64,000 bases of DNA from Octopus sinensis (lineage: Eukaryota). The DNA lies in contig NC_043002.1 of the NCBI RefSeq assembly GCF_006345805.1, positions 36,704,001 to 36,768,000 of the forward strand. The letters are read 5' to 3'. This document shows, piece after piece, positions 39,669 to 54,370 of the stretch (the stretch's first letter is position 1; each line of letters starts with the position of its first letter). Below the pieces are notes generated by a model, which saw only the letters and a program-made list of their open reading frames with translations, made no database searches and was not told the origin of the DNA. Both the position numbers and the translations under genes were made by a program.

Positions 39669-39879
39669 ATCTGTAAATGTAATATGTGACAATTATTCGG
39701 TAGCCATGATAAAACTCCGAGTTTCGGATGCCATTATAGGTATAATGGTCATTTTTCATAGCATTTTTTCTGATGGCCGGATAACTGAAGAGATGGCGGC
39801 ATGGATTTCCACCTCGGCATCCGAAACTTGGAGTTTTATCATGGCTACCAAATAATTGTCACATATTACATTTACAGAT
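39669..39879. repeat. Near-perfect 64-bp inverted repeat (2 mismatches), 83-nt spacer
   Basis: 39669-39732 against 39816-39879, compared base by base. Confidence 0.93.
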
Positions 39880-42800
39880 ATATATATATATGTATGTATG
39901 TATATCACCATCAAGAGAACATGAAATAATGCTTTTTTAAAATGGAAAACTTAAAGCAGATAAAGTTGTAAATAATAGCACGTAAATGTTGTATTTAAAA
40001 AGTCGTTGGTTAGAAAATGTCACTTGGTTTGTTTCACATCTGGTTTCCTTTGGTAGCACACCTTAGGTTTGTTTTCCATATTGTTTACTTGCTAAGCCTA
40101 TACATTCTACATCCTAAACACCTAAGATTGTGGCCAGTTTAATACAACTAGATGTGGTAAGAGCTGGAAAAGTAATTGAATTATAACATTTCAATGAACT
40201 TTACATATCTAATGGTAATCTAAAACTCACTATTCTTAGAATGTTCAAGGAAAAAAAAAAGACAAAAATCACCCAAAACCCTAAAAAAACTCATAAACTA
40301 CAGAGCAAACCAACCTATGCTAGAAATAAACAGAAATCACATACAATGAATAAAAACAACACGGAATAGAATTTCGGAAATACTCTCATTAAATGACAAA
40401 CAGTTGATAGAAATCACTGTAAATAGTTAAGAATGCAGCTGCACATGTCTTGGAGGTGGCAACTTACAGGAAAATTTGACACTTTAGAATGTTTACATAA
40501 TCTTGGCTGTAGGCTTGATATACATGATAAATTACTTTTAGAATACTTGAGAAGAACTTTCACTGGCATTATCTATACTGGAATTTATATTTTTTAAATG
40601 CATCTACATTGGTTTTTTTCTAAAATAGAGTAAGTTCTATTGTGGTACAAGCCTAGAAATGTGGAGTATTAAATGCTGCTACTTCTAATGGTGAAAATAA
40701 TCCTTTCTACTAAAGGCACAAGACCTGAAATGGGGGGGGGGGGGGTGAGGGCAAGTCGATTATATCAACCACAGTACATAACTGGTAGTTATTTCATTGA
40801 CCCTGAAAGGATGAAAGGCAAAGTCGACCAAGGCGGAATTTGAACTGAACACATAAAGATGGACGAAATGCCACTAAGAATTTTGCCTGGCATGTTAATG
40901 ATTCAGCCATCTCACTGCCATCTACTGATGATAATAATGATTGTGTAAAAAGGCATTCAATTTTCCCTTATTAACAGTCATCCCTTGTTAATGCTAACTG
41001 TTTAACCCCTTAGTATTCAAACTGATCATATCCAGTCCGAAATGGTCTACTTGTTTTATGTTCAAACTGGCTTGATCTGGCTTTTCACACCTACATGACA
41101 ATGTCATTCAAATCATAAACAATTCCATCACAGAAATCTCATAACTACAAGATAATGCATGAATAATTCAAAAGAGTGTGAATGGATAAGCATTACTTTT
41201 GACAGAGTAATCTGAATGCTAAAAGGTTAATTTAGAAAATGGACCAATATTTTATGTAAGTGAACTGAAGTGGAAAATATACATTCTATAGAAGTAAAAT
41301 GTCACAAAGATTTCTAAGTCAACACTTCAGTACCATTATTTTCTTTTCTTTCTTTATTTCTTATTTAGGAAGGAAAGAGCTGCACCCATTATACTTTATT
41401 TTTCTTTGGCTTCTGACATGGGATGAAGAGAGGAAGTTATCCTCAAACTAGAAATCAGGTTCAAATGCTTGCAACACAATGAACTATGCTAAATGCATCT
41501 TAGGACTAGGTGGTGTTGTTAAATTGATCACTAGATTAAGTCTACCACATAAGAGCTAAGTATGTTAAGAGCCAGAACAAATGCCATGAGGTATCTTGTC
41601 TGATACTCTAACAATTCAGGATTGTTACCTTTTTCATTCCACCCCCAAAATAATGAAAATTATATTTGACCTCAGCAGGATTTGAACTAAGAATATATAG
41701 AGCTGGAACAAAAATAGCAAAGTATTTTATTCAATGCTCTGAGGGAGGAGTAAATTTTAAAAGTTATATAGTGAAGCTTATATATTGTGGCTTTAACACT
41801 GACACAATCACAAAGCCATCTTTGAGAGAGGAACAGTTGACTGGTGCTTTAAATGATTGGTACCTTATTTTATCAATTCTGGAAAAATGAAAGGAAAACT
41901 CAATCTTGGTAAAATTTAAACTCAGAATGTAACAGGCCACAATTACTGCAAGGTATTATATCCAACATTTTACTGTTTCTACCAATTCACTACTCTTAAG
42001 TGAATGTTATATATACTGTGAATGATAGTAACAGAAAATAACCACTGAAGTATTAAGTACTGTTTAGTTATCTTAACAGAAAACACTGAATGCAACAATT
42101 GGCCTTTAGTCAATGAAATGGCAGTTTGACACATTGTCACTCACAATTGCAAGATACATAAATAATTGAAATATACTTATTCGAAGACAAATATCCATAA
42201 GAATTTTTATTTTAGAAGAATAAAAGAATCAGATATAATAGAAGTTAGAGTTTATTACTAAGTATAATAGTGAGTTACAGTTTAACCTTACCAGCAAGAA
42301 TGAAACAAAACAAAGTTTTGATGGATAAACAAGAATAATGTCCAATTAAGAAACACTGTTTAACAAATGCACATGATCAATAATGTCAAAGCTATAATAA
42401 GAGAATTGTTTTCAAATTATGACTTTTACTACATAGTAAAAAAGACATTATTTGGAAACAATAAACTTATTCAATGGAAATATGTAGTGATGTTAGTGGA
42501 TATTAATACTAATGAATTAATGCTGATCTTGAGACTTTCTAATTTTGTCAGAATTAACCCAAATTCGTATTATTTGTATAAATTTACATTGTGTGTAAAT
42601 TTTGTGAGTGTCATGTATTTTTGTGAGGTTCTAAGAATTTAAAAGAAAAGCAAAGATGACATTTTCAGGATTTGACAAACTATTTGATCTAAACTATTGT
42701 GTCAAAGACAAAAGTTACTTTATACAAGTCCATAACATACTATAATGTTATTGTTATCTTTTGCTAGCAGCACTTAACATTTCCTCTTCCTAATGACTTT

Positions 42801-43464
42801 CTTAATTTATTTGATTCCTTTAATGTTTCATATCATAAATTTCATTCATACATGCTCAATACTTTAATCAAAAACCTCAATAGAGAAAAACGGGAAAAAC
42901 AAACCAAAAAATTTAAAGAAAACGAATATTTTAAAAAGGAAAACAAAATAATTCTTTCCACTACGAGAAAAAAAAAACCGATTAAAAAATGAAACATCAA
43001 ATACAAAATATCCTAAAAGTTCTGCCCAAAGAGATTCATTGGTAACTTATGATTAAATACCTTAATTTAAGCCAATGTTATCAGTAAAACTAGACCTTGT
43101 GATTTTCTTTATAAACTTCGATTAGAAATCTAGGGATGCCATTATTTTCATCTAAGAATATTTAATCAATGATATCTTGTAGTGGAACATTAATTTTCTT
43201 GAACATCAAAGCATATGTAAAAAAAGAAAATATTTCTTGCCCATTCTGCATAGGGAGATAATGAATCTCATTATGGCAAATAAACCTTGTTTGAGAAATG
43301 GTTTTTGCTTATTATTTTACTGAATAGCACAAAAAACTAATTAAAATAGATAGGAACAACAATATCATTTTCTAAAAAAATGCAAAACAATGGTGAAATA
43401 AAAATTCATAAGTTTATGAATCTACACTGACTATGTGCAAGTGTATATGCACATGTATGTGTTT

Positions 43465-43512
<48 letters not shown>

Positions 43513-45217
43513 ATGTGTGCGTGTGCATGCACACACATACTACCACTCCATAAATTATATGGGAAATGTAATTTATTGCCTTCTATGAAAATATTTTCTC
43601 TTTATCACTTAGTTGTAAGAGAATCATTTAAAAAATTATTTTGGCAATTAAGACTCTTTCCCACTTATATCATGTGCCCTGCAGATATGGCACTAGTGAC
43701 TTACTTGATTACAATGTCTGAATATATAAAGAAATATGAAAACATTCTGTTTGTAAGCAGGTCTCTTGTTTACTGAACATATTACCAATAATTAATTAAA
43801 ATGATTGATGCTATAACCCATTAATGAATTTCATTATGTGCCATGTGTGACTGACGTTTGGTAGATGACTACATGGGGCTCATTTCAATGTAAGGATGTA
43901 GTTAGAGATTTTTCATAATCCCTTTATGGTTTTTGATTTAGGTCCAGCAACATTAGTTCCATAATGGAAAGAAACTTACAGCACCTTCAATATCTACATT
44001 TGGTGAAGTACTCTGATGTAGCACAGGACATTGCTAAAACCTTTGTTCTAGCACTTAAGTTACAGTCTTGCACTCCTAATCAATTCATTGTGTATTCCCA
44101 ACTCCTAACACTTTCGATAGACATTGACTTGCAATAGTTCATTCTTTGAGGGTCTGTAAAGGTCCTGGGCGCTGCCCCTTCTAGACTGATATAAAATAAA
44201 GGAAAACAAGGCTTTATTACATTTCTTGTCCATTTGTTGAGTGAACATGACTTGAGAGTCCTCTGGCATTTTCTCTTGGCAGGTGGTGCCAAGAAGAGTG
44301 ATCAGCTGAGATACTTGGGCACTTGCTTAAAGATTTCCTAAATATATAACCAATTTTGTCAAAAGATTCAAATTTTTTTCCCAGTGATAGAAGGCAGGGT
44401 TTGAATGCAGAATGTTCAGAGTTGAAACTCATACCACAAGGAATTTCATCCAATACTCTAACATTCTGCCAATCTAACACCCTGGACTGATATAAAGGAC
44501 AAAAGAAAAAAATTACCACGGTAGGATTTGAGCTCTGAGTACAAACATCCAGAATATCTACCTCAAATTTTACTCTTTAATACTCAAGCAACTCAGCTAA
44601 ATTGACATCCTCTTACACTGTCAGTTTTTATAACACTCTTAACAATGTAGTTTGTTTTTCTGAAGTACTTCCAGGGATGTTTACTGCCCAGAATATCCAT
44701 CCCCATCCAGCAGATACTTATATATTTACTTAAGTAAATCCTAATCTATTTCGGATATGGCTATGAACAGTGTGGCTTAACTTATGAGATCTGACAGGAA
44801 TTGATTTTTTTGTTTTCACTACAAATTGTTGTACATAACATCTGACAAGAACTTGTCTGATTAGACAGCCTTAGCAATAAAGCATGAAGAGTATAAAAAA
44901 AACAAGCAAAAACAGGGTGATAATTCGTCATAGTATTATTAAAGGAAAGAATCTAATTTCCTTAGAGGTGTTAAGTGGAAAATTGTATTTAATCATGAAG
45001 TGTTCATTGAGAAGTGTCAGTTTTCCATGAGTTGAGAAGAGGGAAGTTTAATGTTACTATGAAACATGAAATAGTAATTTTATTCTATTATAAGCAACCC
45101 AGCTTGAAACTTTATTTTATGACGAAACTCAGTGTAGTAAATTTTCGTTTTACTCTGTTACATGAAAAGAAAAGTTTCTAATTCTTGTGAAAATTAGTGA
45201 AGAAATTTTTAACTTAC

Positions 45218-45341
45218 TGTGCTACCTGATGGGATGTTTGGTCTTTCCATTGCAAGTGTTATACAGTTTAGGGCAATGAAAAAGAGAACTGAGTAGTCAA
45301 ACCAGCGTCTTGAAATCATATGATGACACAATCTTCTTAAT
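45218..45341 (-). CDS. Cav3: Cav3 exon, IIIS1 (LRRLCHHMISRRWFDYSVLFFIALNCITLAMERPNIPSGST)
   Basis: ctattctag|A ... ACA|gtaagt, 124 nt. NCITLAMERP is the Cav3 IIIS1 signature. Confidence 0.97.
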
Positions 45342-47074
45342 CTAGAATAGATTAGAATTTCATGGGAAAAAAATCTTGTTAATTAAATAAGGTTTTCTTA
45401 AATATATAGTAAATAGAGAAACATTCTCTCTGAAATCATCCATGATTATTGAAAATATAATTTTTTGAAAATTGAAGCATTTATCACTTTAATGAAATTT
45501 ATTATGTTTTTAATTTTCAGCTTGGAAATTGAAATTTATACATGAATTATAAGATCTGCTTTTGTCAATTTTTCTTCATGATTTATTTTTCTGAGCAAAA
45601 GAGAGTTAATATATAATATGTAACATTGGATTAATTGGATAAATAGATTTAGTAAAATCAGTATTAGATATAATTATGAAACGAAATGTAGGGAGGTACA
45701 TGTAGATATTTTTTATATTTTGGAGAAGCTTTGAAGAGATAACGTAAGTTATACACTCAGATACAGAGAGTGAGCAAAATGTTTTAAAATGAGCAAGGTT
45801 TTCAGCCTGAAAAGTAAGAAGAGGGGCTGTTGCTTTAATGATAGAATTAAAGAAGTATGTCTAATGACTAGGTTCTGGGGATGGGGTGGATGGTTATTGA
45901 TATTCATAAAATATCAAAAAGAGTATAATTAATTAACAATTTTAAGAATACACATGTAATATAAAATAACATGAAATTTTTTGTATTTTATTTAAAGATC
46001 AAATAGGTTTTACAGGTTCAGAAATTGTATTGGCTGACAAATTCAAAAACTTGTATGATTTCAGAGATAAGGACTTTTAATAATAGATGCCAATCATATT
46101 ATCATGAAATGAATGGAAGTATGAATTTTAAATTAAGAAGTACAAATAGTTAAAACAATAGAACAATGGATTGGCAATTCAAACTTGGATTGGTCTATGA
46201 AGAGGAAATGACCAATGAAGATAACATTCCAAATACCTATGTTATAGTTTAGTTGACACAATCTCATGCTTTCTCTAAGAAGATTAAAAAAAAGCCTGCT
46301 TTTGATGATGCATTCATTTTCTCAATATATAAATGTAGTGGCTAAATGGCCAAAACATACAAGTTATGACATAATATTTTAGCTTAGCCAGAACATTGCT
46401 TTCTAATTAATGCACATAGCTGCATAGCTTGACTGAGTAGTAAACATTACGAGCATCCACTAGTAAAACATTTCAACAATTTCCAGAAATGTCAAAATTT
46501 ATGTAAATTATTCTAAGGCAGAAAAAAAAAATTATCAAGATAGAAATAAATAATTTTTGATGTATATCTGCAGTAAATACCTTAAAAGAATATTTTAAAA
46601 CTTAACATATCATCATCATCATCATCATCATCATTTTGTATCCATTTTCCATGCTGACATGTGTTATATTTCTCCTAAATATTGTTCAGTTTTCAATGCT
46701 TTTGGAGAACGTTACCATATCAGTAGACTTTGGATACATTTCAAAAATTCCTTTACATAAACTGATGGAGCAATAGTGTGTCCAATTATTTTTACTTAGC
46801 CCTAACACATGCTCTATGCACTTGGAATGGGAAGACATTTCAGTTAAGCTGAATGAAGCAGAAGCATGTGATTTGCTTTAGAGAAAAGAGCAATATTAAA
46901 ATAAGGGTTTCAATTCACAAAATTTGTGTTAACAGATATCAAGCTGAATTATTCAGTCATTGTACCTTAAAAGCAAAAGGAAAAAAAGAAGGAAGCAAAC
47001 ATTATAGTAAAATTTATGTAATAGATTTACAAAAACACACAAACACAAAAATATAAAAATGAAAAGAGTTTTAC

Positions 47075-47163
47075 GTGTTTGAAGGTGAAAGCACATAGAG
47101 AGCATATTCTTCCCTTTCTTTAAAACATCCTTTGGGTTCTGGACACCATGAACAAACGCAGTT
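47075..47163 (-). CDS. Cav3: Cav3 T-type Ca channel exon, end of II-III linker (NCVCSWCPEPKGCFKEREEYALYVLSPSNT)
   Basis: Acceptor ccttacag|AAC, donor AC|gtaaaa, 89 nt, phase 0 to 2. Resembles the Cav3 segment before IIIS1 (human CCLERDSWSAYIFPPQSR). Joins the next exon in frame. Confidence 0.9.
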
Positions 47164-47497
47164 CTGTAAGGACACATCAGATAATTTTTTTTAGACATCT
47201 GTTCATTGATAGCTGATAAAATGCTTAACAGTCTTACTTCTCCCAAGGAAACAGCATTAACTTATAGAAATTTTTGTTGTAATGTTAAAAGAATCTGTTT
47301 TATTTACAGTTGTTATTCAATCTAGGAAACGTTTTGTATGCTATATAATCTTTATACTGTTGATTCTTTTATTTATCTACAAAATTGGCTAGTAGTAAGG
47401 GCAGAAATAAAATATATTAATAAAGAATAATTTCATATGAAAATTTCCTGAGTTATTTATGCCTTGTTGTTTTTATGATAGCTATTCGCTTGTCCAT

Positions 47498-47535
<38 letters not shown>

Positions 47536-48527
47536 ATATAAAATATTGATATGAATTATAGTGATATAAATTATGCATCATATTACCAAAAATGTCAGGA
47601 AGAAAATTTTGAGAAAATGTTTAAAATTCAAAATTAAAAAAAAATCTTTTAGTGGTCAAAAACATCTACATATAAGTTAGACTTGAGGATAAGCAGTCAC
47701 ATTCTAGAATTGAAAGTGGTGCCTTGTGATTGCAAAGAAAGCTTCTTAAGCACTCAGTTGAGCCTGCAATGTTAACCAAACTAAATCTCATAATGTCTTT
47801 CATATTATCTAAGATTTTGACAGAAATAATTCTGCCTACAAATACTCATTCTACAGAAACAACCTGCTTTACACAAGCATTGCATTTCTGAAAACTTTGT
47901 CATAATGTAAAATTCTGTAATGTGAAACATATTTTCATATGACTTCTGTGTAACAGGAAAGACAATGAAAATAGGTTTTAATGTTACGTATATAAGATGT
48001 TTCTAAAGATAAAAAAATATAAAAAAATTAAGCAACTAAAACCCACAAGCGATATAAATGTTATTTCAGAGCATCAAAATAATAATTATTTATTAATATT
48101 TACTATAAAATAATTATATTAAGTATTCACTTTGTTTGCATTGCCCATAAACTTTTGAGTGATTAGGCAATTATTACTTGGAGGCAGTAACCTATTACTA
48201 AAATAAATATTTTCTTGTCTTCCCAAATTTTTGATATATAATAAAGTATAAATTAACTGGAGTGAATTTAACATCTCTAAAACAAAACTATTGATATAAG
48301 TTCTTTTGAGAGTAGACTTAATTATAGAACATAATTCATGTTGTTGAGATGATTGCTAATGCCGAATGAGTAAATAAAATGGAATATTTAATTGAATTCA
48401 AATAAATAAATAAATAAATAAAAAACAAAATGGAGTGAATGAAATTCAACAAGAAATTAATGATGGAGAAATCCAGTTTTACTGAAACATAAACACCACA
48501 TGCCAAAAATCAAATATCATATATATG

Positions 48528-48559
<32 letters not shown>

Positions 48560-48566
48560 ATATATA

Positions 48567-48665
<99 letters not shown>

Positions 48666-49716
48666 TATACATATATGTATGTATAACTGTAAAAAATGCT
48701 TTTTAAAAAATTACATTTAGATTTTTAGTGAAATATTTCAAAACAAAATCAAGATAATTGTATTTGAAAATAACTTTGTTTCTAATTGTAAATCTGGAAT
48801 TAGATACATAATATTTTTCAAATCTGCTCCTTCATTTCTTCATGCCATTTTTATAGTCATATTTTCTTTTCTTCATTTTTTTTAGCTTTCATTTAAAAGT
48901 GGTAAAATTAAAGGCTTAAATAATTTTCAAGAATACAAATAAAAAAATTAGAGACATTTATGAATAATTTTAAAAGGAGTACATGATTTAGAAAACATAT
49001 GAACAATGATTTTATTATATTTAGTCAATAACATTGAAATAAGAAATGCAGAAGAATAAAAAGTGAATGTGTTTGAATCTGAATTAAAGAAAAAAACAAG
49101 AAAAATTAGCCAGCCACAATAGCATATGTTGGTATACAATTGTGAACAACTGAAAGACAGTATATTCCATTATTAATGGAGTAAAAAAAAATCTATGCAT
49201 AAGCAGTTAGGAGGGTAGAAATGAGAAAACGTGAGGTGAGTGCAGTGTGATAAATTGTTGAATGCAAAGAAAAAAAATTTCAAGATAAAAAAAAAACTAA
49301 AATGATGTGATTTCAAAATAGAAAATGGTTGACAGCAGGGTAAAAAAAACTATTGTAAGTGTTTTTCTTTTTTTTTTTTAGGGCTGTGACGATTTTTAAT
49401 TTACCAACTGATTAATGTTGATTTATATTTTTTCTTTGTGGTAATATTTCTGTATCAGGTGAGTTATTCATCTTTGAATTACATCTTAAAGTCTCTGCTT
49501 CTTGATCTTTGGCATCAGCTTGCCTACTATTACCACAATAAAATAAGGATAGCGTAAAAGTCTCAAATCGCATTAAAGATAGTTAAAAATCACATTTTGT
49601 AAAGGGTTATTTGAGTAATTAAAGATAGTTAAAAATCACATTTTATAAAGGGTTATTTGAGTAACTGGTCACAAACTTTGATGGCAATAATAATGAAGAT
49701 GATGATGATGATGATA

Positions 49717-49759
<43 letters not shown>

Positions 49760-49924
49760 GCATTATTATTATTATCATTATCATCATTATTATTATTATT
49801 ACTACCACCACTACTGCATTGAGTATTTAGTCATCTGTCAAGTCAAACTAGAACCTAGCTGATTCTTTTATGACACCAATCTTGCATGGTATTCCCAACC
49901 ACTTCAAGAAGTCTTGAAGTTTCA

Positions 49925-49964
<40 letters not shown>

Positions 49965-52900
49965 CACTGCAAAATAATACAGTGTTTATTGGATTACGAG
50001 TAGCTACTTAAAACAGACTAGGCTAATGGTCACTGGAATTTACAATGACAAAGCAGCTAATAAATAATGGTATTATACTTAAATGACAGAGTGATATGAT
50101 AATGATATAAGTCTGCAGTGTTATATTGATGAAATGATGATATCACACATTACAGTACAATATACTAATGATCAAATGTTATCATATTATCATAAAAGGA
50201 TATGACAATAATGCATAAAATCAATTGCAAATGTATGATAATGGAAATAGCAGAGATATGTTGGGTAGGTATGATAACCTTATGGCAAGAAGAGAAAATA
50301 TAATTATAATGGTAATGGAATAGTAATGATAGAGTGCAGTATAGGGTGATGTTGCAAAAAGTATTATTTTGAGTAATAATGGAAAAGATATGATGATACT
50401 GTTTTGAGAGCATTATCTAATACAGATTGGACTTAATTGCAAGTGTGATTGAAACATTTTATAAAGAAGAAAGTCACCTGTCTAAAGTTACACATGCAAA
50501 ATTGGAATTCAAACAAGTGCAAACAAATTATTTTGCAATTATTGAAAAACCAATATTTCCAAAATAAAGCAAGTTCTCACATTCTCATGTACATAAGAAT
50601 GATCGATTCCTGTCTACAAAGGAATCCAACTTGCAGATTACTAACCGTTTATAAGCAATTATCTGCTCTGATATTGTAAATAGCAGGAAATGGTATTGAA
50701 AACAATCCAGTTGAAATTGACCTCATTGCTAGGTTTTGGGTAAAGTGCAGACAGTTTGCATTTTATTTCCACTGTTGCAGTCTGATTTAGCTGTAAATAG
50801 GCACTATAAGGAGGTACAACTGGCTATTTGAAGTAGCAGGAGTACTTTAACTGAGGGTATGTTTGTTACATTATAAAATTCATTTCTACAAATGAGTTAA
50901 GCTTTGTCAGATATTGAAATACCTCAGAAACACTACATAAAATCTAAGAGGATTATACAATTCCTTTTGTCATTGGAAGAAAAGCAAGGTTTCTTTCATA
51001 TTTAAAGAAGATGAACTTAAATTATAGATTAGAAACTGATACACGTTATGCGATTATGAAGAACAAAACATTTTGCAAATGCCTGAACACTTAAAACCAA
51101 GGAGACTATTTTCAAGATTAAAACTAAAATTCTTGTTCATGGAATATATTTTTGTTATATGAATGCTAAGATTTTATAAAATATCCATAATTTTATTAGA
51201 AAACAGAAAATTTTAGTGTAATATCAGCAGTGGGAAACTGAAATTAAAGAGAAAAGAAAAGAGAAAGATTTTCTCCAAATTTCTGATATTTTATGTGATA
51301 TGAAACATGAAAATAGCTTTATTCACTCATTTTAGCACGTTTTTCCCTATGGGTTAGGCATTTTTTGACATGGGTACTGTCAATTACCTTTAGCTGTTTT
51401 TCAAGTAAAGGACCTCTTATTTCACAAGCCTTTGATGGCACAAAGCCAGTAGTTATTTTGTTGACAACAATGTTACTGCTTGTGTCTTACTGGCTTTTGG
51501 AGAAGCACAAATTTCACATATAACATGCACATACACACACACGTGCTCAAATATACAATTGGGCTCTTTTCAGTTTCCTTTACCAATTATACTTGCAAGG
51601 CTTTGATCAGCTCAAGGCTAATGTAGATAACATTTATCCAACATGCCATGCATTAGGACTGAAATTGAGGCCATGTGGCTAGAAAGTAGACTTCTTAACA
51701 ATACAGCTGTGCTTGCATCTACTGCTACCAAAACCTTGTGGTTGGGAAGCTTGTGAATTGAATAAGGACAGGCATAGAGCAATAATCAAGAATACAACTA
51801 TACAACTTCAAGACTTTCAAAACAAGAACAGAGAAATAAAGTTGAAGAGAAGAGGAAGAAAAGGATTCTTTCTCTCTAGATGAAATATAGGGTTATTTAA
51901 TGTACCACCGTATCTTTATCTACTAGAAAATTTGCTTATAATGATGGATGTGTCTCTAATAATTTCTGCATGTGAAGGATCTTCTGTGGTAACATAATAA
52001 CCATTATAGCTTGAAGAAATCAAATATAAAGGTAGATTTAGAATAACTTGAGGTAGGAATGATTTATTTATTACTCACTCCTTAGCCATGAGTGGTTGAG
52101 TTTCTGTGTTTGCTTTTTAACAGTTTGGATTTGAAATAGATTCTTTAGCATTTTGATTAGTTGAAACTAATGAACTTGAACCAAACACCTTATGATATTG
52201 AAAATAGTCAATTAAACATTTGTTAATCTATAACTAACTTGTTGGTCTCAGTGGAAATTTAATTATTTGTCATCAATCTAACCTAATCGTCTTGTTTATG
52301 TTGTTATTGTACTGAAAGACTTGAAAATTTTGGTTCAAAAGTATCAGGAAATTTTCTGAAGGAAAAAATCTGTCTTAACAATTCGAGCAGCTTATGGAAG
52401 GTATAATATTAATGTGAGAGTGTTTTTGACATTATTTTCATTTATGATGGTGAAGAGTTCTCTTTTTGTTTTTGTATATGTTTAACACTGTTCCAATTAG
52501 TGTTAGTATAGAAAAAGTTTTATAAACCCACCTGCAAAAAAAATTGTGTGATTATAGCTCACCTGTCCCAGAGGATGATGGAAGATGTGATGGAGTGGTT
52601 GTTATATTTGAGAGTGATTCAGATGGAGAGATGGGTTAGGTGAAGCATTGAGTATAATGAAGTGAATACTGTATGATGGCATGTTGTTAATGAGTGACTT
52701 GTAACATGATGAACATCAATTTAAATGAAACAATTGTGCAAGTTGAAAATCAAGTCGATAACAGTTGATAGTGTACATGATAAATGTCATGATGATGAGA
52801 CTCTTGTGTATAAGGCAACTTTAGGAATGGAAGGAAGGTGACAGATGGTATTGCTATTACAACATAACAGGGTAAATCAAGTTAATAGGACACATGTTCT

Positions 52901-53419
52901 TTGATGTAGTGGCTCATAATAAAGTTTATGATCACCACTAATTTCCAAGAATGAGCTTGCTATAACAGGAATAAAATAACAGAATATTTGGCAAATTTAA
53001 TGATAAGAAAAAATCCTCAATTTATATTTTGTGGGCAAAAAATGTAACTGAAATAGTATAGAAAAAGAAATGGAAAATATATTTTAACAAAATGAAAGGT
53101 TATTCGTCACAGCCCCAACAACTGTTATGGTTTGATATAAAAAAATGGGAATGGTTAAAAGAATACATATATATGTTTATATATATATAGCTGTATATAT
53201 CTATATATATACATATGTATATGTAACAGCATGCATCTGTGCACTGAGAGGAGGGTAACTATGGATGTTGTCAAAAAAGTTTTGCCTGAAGTTGTCACAT
53301 CTCTACCAATTTCAAACAAAAAGCATTAGTAAAGATTATTAAGAAGATATTCTTTTTATTGGCAACAAAACCCCTCCTCTCCAACCCCAAAACAATAACA
53401 ACAACATTAAAAACACTGA

Positions 53420-53520
53420 AAATAAATTATATAATATACATATAGGTATGTATGTATGTGCATATATATATATATGTGTATATATATATATAAATAATAT
53501 ATATATGTATTATATATATA

Positions 53521-53563
<43 letters not shown>

Positions 53564-53580
53564 TATATATATATATAATG

Positions 53581-53612
<32 letters not shown>

Positions 53613-53681
53613 ATATATATATGTATATATATATATATATAATATATATATATATAATATATAATATATATGTATATATGT

Positions 53682-53744
<63 letters not shown>

Positions 53745-53769
53745 AATATATTTTATATATATATATATG

Positions 53770-53820
<51 letters not shown>

Positions 53821-53987
53821 ATATATATTCACATATATATATATATAATATAGATGCACATTCATATATATGAATATATATAAATATCAAATAATAAATA
53901 TATATAATATTCTATATATGTATTACATCATGTATATTATATACATATATCTGTTGTATATATATATATATATATATACATATACAC

Positions 53988-54031
<44 letters not shown>

Positions 54032-54050
54032 TGCCCACATTTACATACAT
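53420..54050. repeat. Interrupted (TA)n array, about 630 bp
   Basis: Direct inspection. Confidence 0.95.
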
Positions 54051-54329
54051 ATATGTATAGGTAAACAAACATGATTGGTTGGAAGTGGTGGTGGAAAAGA
54101 AAAAAAGCTCAAAGGAATTTTAGTGATCTACCAGCAAATATAATTGAATTAGTGAACTAGCACTAAATATGAATAATGGTATGGGGTATGTATAGCAGTT
54201 ATATTATTATTTATTACTATTACTACTATTATTATATTATTATTTTATTAATATTAATTATCATTATTATTATTGTCACTATTGCTATTTCTTTAATACT
54301 ATTTATTACATTAATATTTTTACCACTAA

Positions 54330-54370
<41 letters not shown>

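Noticed and set aside
40468-40506. 39-nt phase-0 candidate cassette
   Set aside because: Weak acceptor, no homology, expected by chance.
43980-44033. 54-nt phase-0 candidate cassette in the IIIS1-S2 loop (QCPVLHQSTSPNVDIEGA) with gtaagt donor
   Set aside because: Almost no polypyrimidine tract. A rough composition estimate gives about 20 gtaagt per strand in 64 kb by chance.
46953-47246. 97-aa minus-strand ORF
   Set aside because: Overlaps the real Cav3 exon 47075-47163 in the wrong frame.
49901-49920. Short palindromes (acttcaagaagtcttgaagt; also agttaagatatg/catatcttaact near 14418-14450)
   Set aside because: Stems of 9-12 bp in AT-rich DNA are expected at this frequency, and there is no supporting context.
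52532-52562. 31-nt GTGAGC...TTTTTTGCAG mini-intron on the minus strand
   Set aside because: Too short for a normal spliceosomal intron, and the flanking frames contain stops.
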